IMG/VR virus record: IMGVR_UViG_3300016476_001378
Length of the DNA stretch: 64,000 nucleotides
Source: a virus
Taxonomy: Duplodnaviria > Caudoviricetes
Direction: 5' to 3' (one strand)
Made by a program: the position numbers and the translations under genes. This document shows positions 55,426-64,000 of this stretch, piece after piece. The notes under the pieces are model-generated. The model saw only the letters and a program-made list of their open reading frames with translations, was not told where the DNA came from and did not search any database. The stretch's first letter is position 1; every line of letters starts with the position of its first letter.

Positions 55426-58400
55426 TTATTCAGTTGGGATGTTTTTTTGATTATTAATAAAACCAACTTGTCCAGATACCACCAGTGTGTCTTTGAAAGA
55501 AGTTACAGCAAAAGGTCTGATCAAACCCTTTCCTGCAATTGTCCTAGGTGTTGCAGGGCTTTCATAACGCCAAACTTCCTTGCCCGGCAGATAAGACCAA
55601 GCCTTGAAAGTTCGGTCATCTGGATTGTTGGTTATTTTATTCAAATAATAACCATCTGTCAGTGCCCAAATAGTGCCCTTGTGTTCAGAGAATCTTCTGA
55701 CTCCGCCAGCTGATGGGAATCTATAGGATGGATAAAACTCTTTAACCTCAGGAACTACAGGAGGAATCACATGTCCTATGTGATATTTAAAGCTGCCCCA
55801 TGCCCAAGTACTATTTGCCTGATCTGTCGATGTTTTACCAAATCTCACATAAGATAAGATAGTTTCTTGATTCATGAAATCATCTTCTTCAATTATAGGC
55901 TGTTCAAAATTACCAACCCAAAGTTTGATGTCTTTTCTTGTTGAACCACCAACAGACAATCTTACTGGAGTCAAATCTCTAATGACAGAATAGTAACCAC
56001 TTGAAGTACTCACTGCAACATAATCTATTTCAATAAGAGGCTTAGTTGCATAAGTGTATTTAGTATAATCTTCAAACTCAAAATACAAACTACGAACTGC
56101 ACCACGCCAGCTTGGCTTAATCATGTAAGTCAAATAATCATCTGAATAAGAGATTGGTGTTTCAGAGTATTCGTATTCTGTAAAATTAAGAATCTGACTA
56201 CTTAAACTCCAATAAGTTTTCAATTTCATTCTTGGAGCCATGACTGAAGAATAATAATTTACGTTGGAAGTACCAAGCACAAATGGTTCATCATAATGCA
56301 TGTAGAATGTTAAATTTTTATTCTGTATACCACCAGTTACTTTAACTCTTGGTGCTGCAATCATTTCTTCTGTTGTGTTAAAGCCTGCAGATCTTGTCCA
56401 GACACCATTTGAGCCAGTACCAACTGTAGTAACTTGATAAATACCATTTAGCTTGGAATCTTCTTGATTTTTAACGAGAATCAAATCCAAAGCTGACACT
56501 GTTTTGCCATCAACAACACTAGGTGCGCCTGTTGCTAAATTCACAATATTTGCGGTAGTAGCATAGTCTACAGTTGTATCATACCCATCGCCAAGATCTA
56601 ACTGGCGATTGATTCTCATCCTAACCAGCAGATAAGTATGAGTGTCGGTGACAAAAGGAGTAAAATTAGAGGCCCCTATAATTGGATCTCCTGTTCTAGT
56701 GCCCACTGCGTTGTATGTGACTTCAAGATAGTGGCTTGTGCCTGAACCTGTTGCAGGCTCAGCTGTAAAGTAAAGATCTGAAGTGCCAATAACAATAAAT
56801 TCACTATTGGATAAGTAGAATGTTTTGCCTTTGTTCACAGTACCATTTTCAGCTGTTGATACATTGCCAACAGCAATATATGTATTCTTTAGCATTTCTG
56901 ATTGCTCATCGAATAAATTCGAGCGAGTCAGAACACACTTAACACCTGTAGTGCCTACAGTAGATACATTATAGATGCCATTTTGCGCTCTGTTAGTTTG
57001 GTCTTTGACCAAAATGGTATTCTGGGTGTATGATGCAGCCAAAACAACAGATGTTGCTGATTCTGTTGGATAATCCACTAAAGTTATGGATGTGCCTGTC
57101 GAAGGCAATGTAGCAATCTCACCTACGATTCTATCATTATCAACATCATAAATAAAGCCTCCAACAGTTAGGCCAAAGTACTCAACATCGCCTAAGTCAA
57201 TAGACAAATCAACTTGCTTACTTGTTGTGCTGTATGTCATGGTTGGAGAAAATAAAGTATACAATGTATAAGTGTATCTTCTGGATAAAGCAACTCCATC
57301 TATAGATACTGCACCTGCTGTGTTGTATGTCAACTTTGCGCCAATAGCTGGGGCAGTTGGTTCAGGTCCAGCGGAATAAGCTGCATCTAAATTAGCAGTT
57401 GTTGCTAATTTTACATTTATACTTCTACCAGTTGCTGGTGTTGTTTTTGCTGCAACTGTACAGAATTCAACAGCGCCCCAATCTTGTACAGAAGCTACAC
57501 CCTGACCTTCAGGTTGGATTGGGTTTGTATCTTCTATTGAATCTGTAAGCGCAAAATTCCACATTTTTAGCAAACCGCGATCTGGGAATTTTTGCTCAAT
57601 TACAGAATATGGTGTGAAAATACTATCTCTGTTTAAGAAAGTTTTAGTTGTGGTATTATTACCACTGGTCACTGTAACGCCGGTTGTTGTCAATTGAACA
57701 TTGATTAAATAATGACCATCTCCAATTTCAAAACCTTGTGAACCGCTACCAGACTCGTGACGCATCTCAAACTCTAAAGTATAAGGTTCTAAATTAGTTT
57801 GTTGCCTATTGACAGCTTGCTCCCAGTCGGAACCTGTTTCTTGAGTAAACACAGTGGACTTGCCCAAGAAACCATTGATGTAAATGTACTCTTTTGTTCC
57901 GCTCTCGGCATACTTGCTGTCTATTGTCTTTGCGCCAACAACATTTAATTTGTTTCTTGAATTGGTTTCACCATCATGATAAAATTGCCAAGCCCAACCC
58001 GCAGGGTCTGTTACAAATGCCTTGCTAAATTCAAGCACATTCCAGCTTGAATTATAGAAAGCAAATGAAGTTTGGTTAGCAGACCAAGAATTGGCACTAG
58101 AGTTAATGACAATTGGCTCTGTAGTGTTAAGGTAGAAAGTTAAATTAGCATTTGTGCTTCCTGCTGTAACAAATACATTTGTGTTTGGCAAGGCTTTATA
58201 ATTTGTATCAAAATCTAAGGCCCTTGTTAGTTCAGTTTTTACACTCCCTGTGCCAAGTCTTGTGACTGTATAAATGCCATTTTGTATAGCAGATGCTTGA
58301 TTCTTAATTAAAATTCTATTCCCAAGGGCTACTGACACACCATCTATGCTTAAAGTGCCTACAGCTGGCGCCACAAGCTTACCAGAGGCATAAACCCAAG

Positions 58401-61400
58401 TGCCTGACAGAGCAGCAGTTGTTGCGAGTCTTACATTTGTAAGCTTGTGTGTAAAGAAATTATTAACAACTTCATTATTAATGCCTGGGAGAGATCTAAG
58501 CTGCTCAGAGTAGCTATGAATTTCAGGCCTATCACCTATAGCTGCGACCACCTGATTTGCATAACTAATAATATCTGAAACTTGAAGAACGGAAGATTCA
58601 TAATCATCTATGCCACTCTTGTTTAGATCTAGAACAAAAGTATATTGCGATTCAGTGGTCGCATTTGTTTTGTTTAGTCTACGGGTGTATTTAAACACTT
58701 TGCCTTGCTTCGTGCCAAAGAACAAAGCATCGTATGCACTGGTTATGCTGGTCAAATCATAATTTGCGTCATACATTGGCTCTGACTTAATGCGCTCCCA
58801 TGAATTTGAAAGAACATAATTATCAATAGGGGCCCTAAATATATAACTCTTTGATGCAGTGCCAATATAAATGTATGATTTTGTTTCATGCATAAATTGG
58901 TGGAGAGTCATGCAGCTAATAGGCAGCGGATTCAAATCAACATCGGATGCTGTAAAAATAGGACCAACTATTTCTTTGCCATCAAATGACCAAACCTTGC
59001 CATTGCCTGACCCCAATAAAATCTTGTCACTAAGCGCAACCATGCTTAAGATAGCACGTTCTCCTAAAGGACCAAGATCGACTACTCTTTCCAGCGTATT
59101 GTAATCCCATTTCCAAATTTGTGCGGCTGATCTCTCAACTACACAATTAAATGTCGATGTGTAAGTGCCAGAAGGTAAGTTTTGGAATACTAAGTAACCA
59201 GTTTCATTATCAACATAGAACTTAGGCTCTGCTGTAATTGAATCTGTGGCAGATGCTGCTCTGTTCCAAGTCGTGCCATTGACAGTCATAGTTATAGTGT
59301 CAATGTCGCCCAAAAATATCTTTCTATTATAAGTACCAGTAGATAAGGAAACAAGCTTGTATGCTGTCTCACCAGATGTTGACCAAGTTACACTATCAAA
59401 TCTAATATTTGGTGTTGCAAATTCATTAAATTTAATAGCGGCCATGTACACAGCTTCTTTTGCCTGTGTTGGATCTGTCCATTTGATCGAATTATTTACA
59501 AGAATGTTCTTTGGAAATTCAGTAACGCCAAAAATGCTAAAACTATTTCTAGTTAAATAAGTGTCTCGGGACAGTGTGTTCCAAACGCTGCTTGGTTGAG
59601 CGGCATTATTCCCATAATCTCTAACCTGAACTTCAATTCTTTTAATGCCATTTGGGTCTACAGATGTTGTTGTGCCACCACCTGAGCCACCTGAGCCACC
59701 TGAGCCACCTGAGCCACCTGTAGAGCCGCCTGCGTCTGTATTTCCTGTGTTGCCTGTATTGCCACCTATAGGGTCAGGATTAGGATTGGTGCCAGGATCT
59801 CCTGAGGGCAGTGGTGGTTCTTCTGATCCAGAAACGGCGCCACCAGATCCAGCAAATGCACTAAAGCCACCATTAAATGATGCGGAAACAACATCAAATG
59901 CTATTGGCTTCTTTGAAATTTCGGCATAAGGCTCCCAGTTACTCCATGCACCTATGCCATTGCCATCAATAAGCCTAAAACGCATGTCTTTGACAGACGA
60001 TACAGCATCCTGGCCCTCTATTTTTACATTAACAATTGTTTTGTTAGTATATTCAGACACAACACCATCTGGATCAATTATTGTAACTTCTGCTGATGGT
60101 GGCACAGTGTCGACCAATGAAATTAATTGAGCATTGACAGTTATAGGATAAGATTCAGATAAATTACCAGCATTATCAATAACTTCAACCCAAACTTTTC
60201 TGGGGCCATCTGTGCCCATGTTTTGCGGTGTATAGTTTGGATCATCGACATAAGGATCTGTTGTTCCATCGGGATTTTTCCACCATGAACCATAATGATA
60301 GATAGTATAAACTATTTCATCATCTATAAGATTTCCAGAGAGATCTCTTTTCTTAAAAGAATCCCACTCAAGCCAATCTGTGTAAGAAATTTTACCAAAG
60401 TCAGTTTCCTTGCCAACCCTGAAAAGCCAGTTACCAGAATCTGCATCTGTCGCTCTTACATCCAACATTGTAGTTCTTACGGTTGGGTGAAGAACTGTAG
60501 TTACATAAGGTCTGTCAGATTCAGTGTTTACAGACAGGGTAGAAAGAATGGAAGGCGTATAGTACGGTGCAGAAATATCAACAGTCACTGCATCTGACAA
60601 ACCCGAGGCATCAGATGAAACTAGAGCGTGGCTTTCTGCACATACTCTGAATTGCAAAGAAGCCTGATGAAAAACATTGTCATATCTTTCTCTAAAGCTA
60701 TGGAAAAGCTTATACCAAAGAAGTGGAACAATTTGCCAACCAGTGCCCTGAACTTGACCAGCAGGTATGCCAGGCAATGCACTTCCACTGTAATTTACAA
60801 AAATTTCTGTTGAAATTTGATCAAATCCCTTTGCCCTTGCCAGACTCATGCCTCTTGGCAATTTGACAACCATCCAATATTTCGTACCCGCTGTTAGATT
60901 TGGTGCAGTGTCGTTGCCTAAGTTAAATTGAACTAAATTATTATTTGGAATTTTATATCCAGTAAGTGCAAAGTCGGTTGAAGTCTCTTTTGCTGGTGCT
61001 ATCCAGTCAGTGACAGCAGCGCCAATGTAACTATTACCAGCTGTTGTAGGTGTGGTGTATGCATAAATTCTAACTTCAGGATGTCTTGGTAAAACATTAG
61101 GGTCGGTTAAAGCATCTGTATCTTCAACCATAACTTCCAAAAGTTGAGGATATAAAGCAGTTTCTGTCAATGTTCTAGATCTAGGAATAAACTCCTGAAC
61201 AATGTATTTATATTCAAGTGTGGAAGCCACAGAGGCCTTATAGACATAGTCTCTAAACTCTGTATTGCCAGCAAGCATTAATTGGCCCAATAATGGCTTT
61301 TGGTATGCCGACCCACCAGTGCCTTTGATAAAATGTCTTTGATTTGGCAGATCACTATTGCCAACAACTGCCTTGGGAACAAGCCCTGTAATTGAAATGT

Positions 61401-63708
61401 TCTTTAAAATAGCTCTTGAATTAACTGAGGTTGGAGAATCTACCGCACCTCCAAAATCTAAATACAACTGGCTTCTAACACCCACTGCAACATGCCAACC
61501 CATACCCATTCGAGCCGTTGGTAAATCAGAAGTATGTTTAAAGTTAGCTATTGTTTCTCCATTGCGATTAATTATAATCCAAAGACCTTCACCGACAGAA
61601 GGAGTGTTACTGACAAGTATTTCAATGTTCTCACTTGTAGCGTCTGCTAGATATTCATAGGTTGAAATAATTTCGCTACTGACACTATTATCATTTTTGC
61701 GATGAATAAGACTGATGTTTTTATTAGTTTGATCAAATTTGATCATGACAGTTGGCTTGTTTAAATTGCTGCTTGAATTTACATAGGCATCATCACATCT
61801 TGTACCCATGGGCTCTTCTGAAGCAAAAACTGGCCTTGGACTTAATGCTACATAAAACTGGCCCTGAATCATTTGATAATCAAATGTAATCTTGGCTCTG
61901 TCAGAAAATGTTGGCATTTGTGAAAGTAACTCAGCATAAGATCTGCCTGTGCCACTCGAAGTTTTCTTATCGACATCAAGGTCTGCCTTTAAGAAATAGC
62001 CCAATAATTCATCTACGCCAGAGCCAGAAGCTGGATCTGCGTCATAAACCGGGTCATTAAAACTAAGCTCTGTCCAAGTTCCATTATCTAATGCAGCTTG
62101 CCAACCCTCTTTAGTGGTATTCGTACTGACATTTGTATCTATTTGTATGTCGTCATCTTTACAGTCGCCAAGATCTACATCTAATAAAATTCTTGCCGTA
62201 CCTTGAGCCAATTCTTCAAGGGCATAAGTTAAACTGCCCGCGACAGATTCTATCAAAACATTTGCTTGGACATTGGTGGAAACACCCTCCCAGTCAGACA
62301 TCGAATCCAAAGTTGCAGTGCCTAGTAAAAACGATTTAGTTTTATCAGAGAAAGGTGTGAAATATGATTTCACAATTCTTTTATTATCAAAAGCATTTGT
62401 TGGAGAAATTGCTGCTGGTCGAGCCAACTTAGTCATGTAAAGTTCAATGACGCCACCTTCTCTTAATTCTTTGACTATTGACTTAGATAATGTTGTAGTT
62501 TGTATTGTTGTTGCAGTAGTGCCAGTTCTCTTGATAATTTTAGCTGTAGGATAAGTATTCAAACCGTCATTCTGGCATTCGATCTTTATCTCAACTTCTT
62601 TGCAAGTAGAAGAGTTTGCAGCCTCATCTGCATTTCGAATATTAAGCCTCAAAGAAACAGCATAATGAGATTGTTGATCCTTGTCAGCATTAATCGACAA
62701 AACTGTTTGAGCAAATAAATCTGGCTGTATTGTCAAATTCGGATCTGAATAGACAGCAGAGGGCGAATTAAATGCCACACCAGAATCTGATGACAAAGTG
62801 GCAGTGACAGTTGTATTAATTGAAACACTAGAGCTTGAAGCATAAGTTCTAGTACTAGGGGTAAAATTTCTTTTTACAAGCGCAGGGGATGGAGTATTTG
62901 CACTAAAATTAGGGGCCAATGTTCTATTGGAATTTGAAGACAAATTCGATGTTATCACATAAGCCAAGGGAGTAGCTGTGTCTGGCCCCCTTAATTCAAT
63001 TAAATCACCTGTGTATCTAGCAACACCTGTGCCATAAAGAGCAGTAGCAGCCTCGTTGGCAGCATTAAATTTCCATAAAGCCTTACGGCCTGCATAATCT
63101 GGATTTCTTGCAATAATTTGTGGTAAACCTGGTCTAATGCCAGACTCAGGCTGCCAATAAATCTGATCAAAAACACCCATGTTGTTAGGGTATGTGCTTT
63201 GATCTCCGACAATAGACTCGGCTATTATCCTAAAATAAACTGTTGATAATCCACCATTACCAGAAAGCGGCCAGTTATTAATGATAAATAAATCATTACC
63301 AGCTTCTTCACTTCTTGCTCCTAAAGAAGTGTTATCTGGATCAAAAAAGGCGACTGGGTCTATGTCAAAAATGTAATTTTTATTACTGCCAGTAACTTTA
63401 TTTCCAATATTTGGGTCATACTCTGTTGAGTCGTAAGGCCAGTCAGTAATTGTTATTGTAGACGAAGGCAAGAAAAGTGGATCGTTGGAAAGCCGAATTG
63501 ACTTAATAGTCTTAAGCTTAACAGGGTCTCTATTTTCAACATCTACGAGTTCCAATCCAAATTTTAAAGTAACTTTATTGTTGTCAATGTAGGGTGAAAG
63601 ATTTAACTTACCAGTAAAATAATTCTCGCCCTCGTTAAGGACGAAATCATTGTTTAAAAAAGTATTGTTAAGATTTGGTGGAAGAACAAGTCTGATAGCA
63701 TTGGGCAT
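55426..63708 (-). CDS. Giant virion protein (2760 aa) with Ig-like repeats, a propeller and three fibre modules
   Basis: 'D.AGN' Ig-like repeats, a Gly/Ser linker and three 'DG…KNQ…NGIY' modules. Confidence 0.75.
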   Translation of the reverse strand: MPNAIRLVLPPNLNNTFLNNDFVLNEGENYFTGKLNLSPYIDNNKVTLKFGLELVDVENRDPVKLKTIKSIRLSNDPLFLPSSTITITDWPYDSTEYDPNIGNKVTGSNKNYIFDIDPVAFFDPDNTSLGARSEEAGNDLFIINNWPLSGNGGLSTVYFRIIAESIVGDQSTYPNNMGVFDQIYWQPESGIRPGLPQIIARNPDYAGRKALWKFNAANEAATALYGTGVARYTGDLIELRGPDTATPLAYVITSNLSSNSNRTLAPNFSANTPSPALVKRNFTPSTRTYASSSSVSINTTVTATLSSDSGVAFNSPSAVYSDPNLTIQPDLFAQTVLSINADKDQQSHYAVSLRLNIRNADEAANSSTCKEVEIKIECQNDGLNTYPTAKIIKRTGTTATTIQTTTLSKSIVKELREGGVIELYMTKLARPAAISPTNAFDNKRIVKSYFTPFSDKTKSFLLGTATLDSMSDWEGVSTNVQANVLIESVAGSLTYALEELAQGTARILLDVDLGDCKDDDIQIDTNVSTNTTKEGWQAALDNGTWTELSFNDPVYDADPASGSGVDELLGYFLKADLDVDKKTSSGTGRSYAELLSQMPTFSDRAKITFDYQMIQGQFYVALSPRPVFASEEPMGTRCDDAYVNSSSNLNKPTVMIKFDQTNKNISLIHRKNDNSVSSEIISTYEYLADATSENIEILVSNTPSVGEGLWIIINRNGETIANFKHTSDLPTARMGMGWHVAVGVRSQLYLDFGGAVDSPTSVNSRAILKNISITGLVPKAVVGNSDLPNQRHFIKGTGGSAYQKPLLGQLMLAGNTEFRDYVYKASVASTLEYKYIVQEFIPRSRTLTETALYPQLLEVMVEDTDALTDPNVLPRHPEVRIYAYTTPTTAGNSYIGAAVTDWIAPAKETSTDFALTGYKIPNNNLVQFNLGNDTAPNLTAGTKYWMVVKLPRGMSLARAKGFDQISTEIFVNYSGSALPGIPAGQVQGTGWQIVPLLWYKLFHSFRERYDNVFHQASLQFRVCAESHALVSSDASGLSDAVTVDISAPYYTPSILSTLSVNTESDRPYVTTVLHPTVRTTMLDVRATDADSGNWLFRVGKETDFGKISYTDWLEWDSFKKRDLSGNLIDDEIVYTIYHYGSWWKNPDGTTDPYVDDPNYTPQNMGTDGPRKVWVEVIDNAGNLSESYPITVNAQLISLVDTVPPSAEVTIIDPDGVVSEYTNKTIVNVKIEGQDAVSSVKDMRFRLIDGNGIGAWSNWEPYAEISKKPIAFDVVSASFNGGFSAFAGSGGAVSGSEEPPLPSGDPGTNPNPDPIGGNTGNTGNTDAGGSTGGSGGSGGSGGSGGGTTTSVDPNGIKRIEVQVRDYGNNAAQPSSVWNTLSRDTYLTRNSFSIFGVTEFPKNILVNNSIKWTDPTQAKEAVYMAAIKFNEFATPNIRFDSVTWSTSGETAYKLVSLSTGTYNRKIFLGDIDTITMTVNGTTWNRAASATDSITAEPKFYVDNETGYLVFQNLPSGTYTSTFNCVVERSAAQIWKWDYNTLERVVDLGPLGERAILSMVALSDKILLGSGNGKVWSFDGKEIVGPIFTASDVDLNPLPISCMTLHQFMHETKSYIYIGTASKSYIFRAPIDNYVLSNSWERIKSEPMYDANYDLTSITSAYDALFFGTKQGKVFKYTRRLNKTNATTESQYTFVLDLNKSGIDDYESSVLQVSDIISYANQVVAAIGDRPEIHSYSEQLRSLPGINNEVVNNFFTHKLTNVRLATTAALSGTWVYASGKLVAPAVGTLSIDGVSVALGNRILIKNQASAIQNGIYTVTRLGTGSVKTELTRALDFDTNYKALPNTNVFVTAGSTNANLTFYLNTTEPIVINSSANSWSANQTSFAFYNSSWNVLEFSKAFVTDPAGWAWQFYHDGETNSRNKLNVVGAKTIDSKYAESGTKEYIYINGFLGKSTVFTQETGSDWEQAVNRQQTNLEPYTLEFEMRHESGSGSQGFEIGDGHYLINVQLTTTGVTVTSGNNTTTKTFLNRDSIFTPYSVIEQKFPDRGLLKMWNFALTDSIEDTNPIQPEGQGVASVQDWGAVEFCTVAAKTTPATGRSINVKLATTANLDAAYSAGPEPTAPAIGAKLTYNTAGAVSIDGVALSRRYTYTLYTLFSPTMTYSTTSKQVDLSIDLGDVEYFGLTVGGFIYDVDNDRIVGEIATLPSTGTSITLVDYPTESATSVVLAASYTQNTILVKDQTNRAQNGIYNVSTVGTTGVKCVLTRSNLFDEQSEMLKNTYIAVGNVSTAENGTVNKGKTFYLSNSEFIVIGTSDLYFTAEPATGSGTSHYLEVTYNAVGTRTGDPIIGASNFTPFVTDTHTYLLVRMRINRQLDLGDGYDTTVDYATTANIVNLATGAPSVVDGKTVSALDLILVKNQEDSKLNGIYQVTTVGTGSNGVWTRSAGFNTTEEMIAAPRVKVTGGIQNKNLTFYMHYDEPFVLGTSNVNYYSSVMAPRMKLKTYWSLSSQILNFTEYEYSETPISYSDDYLTYMIKPSWRGAVRSLYFEFEDYTKYTYATKPLIEIDYVAVSTSSGYYSVIRDLTPVRLSVGGSTRKDIKLWVGNFEQPIIEEDDFMNQETILSYVRFGKTSTDQANSTWAWGSFKYHIGHVIPPVVPEVKEFYPSYRFPSAGGVRRFSEHKGTIWALTDGYYLNKITNNPDDRTFKAWSYLPGKEVWRYESPATPRTIAGKGLIRPFAVTSFKDTLVVSGQVGFINNQKNIPTE
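59678..59720. repeat. 9-bp tandem repeat (CCACCTGAG) x4.8 encoding (GGS)n
   Basis: Perfect nucleotide repeat in frame. Confidence 0.95.
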
Positions 63709-63749
63709 TTTTATTAAACCAGAGATGAAGTTTTGTTTTCTAAGTTTAA

Positions 63750-63778
63750 TTATTCTTTATACAAGATGGCTTGTACCT
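63750..63778 (-). promoter_or_regulatory. Putative late promoter AGG-N20-GAATAA
   Basis: Recurring motif. Confidence 0.45.
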
Positions 63779-63785
63779 GTTAGAA

Positions 63786-64000
63786 TTAAAATAAATCTAT
63801 CTCTGTTGTTGAAGATGCAAAGACCGCTGCGGGATCGTCAGCTTTCAAAGCTATTGAGGCTTGTTGAACAATGTCTGTGTATACTGAAAAATAAACAAAG
63901 CCATCTACAGAATAAACGGTATCTTCTTCATAGAAAGTGTATTCTCCAACATAGACCGATGGAACACTTGTGCCTGAAATCAATGTTAAATTAATAAAAT
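63786..64000 (-). CDS. 3' end of a truncated CDS, probably structural
   Basis: Frame stays open to the window edge. Confidence 0.6.
   Translation of the reverse strand, partial: FINLTLISGTSVPSVYVGEYTFYEEDTVYSVDGFVYFSVYTDIVQQASIALKADDPAAVFASSTTEIDLF

Noticed and set aside
1-64000. Bacterial chromosome or prophage interpretation
   Set aside because: Housekeeping-like genes lack their usual neighbours (no grpE/hrcA, clpP/tig, dnaA/recF or ribosomal operon) and are interleaved with orphans and virion genes. No integrase was seen.
1-64000. Stop-codon reassignment
   Set aside because: The standard code gives intact full-length genes, and TAA, TAG and TGA all end genes at plausible positions.
1-64000. 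CRISPR array, tRNA, or diversity-generating retroelement
   Set aside because: No repeat-spacer periodicity, cloverleaf or reverse transcriptase was seen. The 40.3/41.3-kb repeat lies in-frame in two coding genes with no RT nearby.

Overview
This 64-kb window looks like part of a large lytic (jumbo or huge) tailed dsDNA phage genome. It is AT-rich and densely coding in the standard genetic code, and I saw no tRNA, rRNA, CRISPR array, integrase or IS element. It mixes five kinds of genes. (1) DNA-metabolism genes: gyrB-gyrA, RecD2, a UvsW-like SF2 helicase, RNase HII, a DUF151-like nuclease and adenylate kinase. (2) An unusually complete chaperone/protease set: DnaK, DnaJ, a second J-domain protein, ClpX, an S1 trypsin-like protease, an S26 signal peptidase and an S8 subtilisin. 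(3) Cell-wall hydrolases (SLT, CHAP). (4) Two paralogous tail-tube-like genes and a ~27-kb minus-strand block of very large modular virion proteins built from shuffled domains. (5) Many orphans. Reading the sequence directly shows three layers that gene annotation misses. A family of unrelated proteins shares an N-terminal 'MWY/aromatic...[RK]-x-A' leader, a candidate capsid-targeting or maturation signal. A recurring AGG-N19-(T/G)AA(A/T) element precedes structural genes, and a separate AC[GC]ATAA element precedes replication genes. Four genes have their promoter inside a hairpin that would bury the start codon or RBS only on read-through transcripts. All functional calls rest on motif recognition by eye; no database searches were run.
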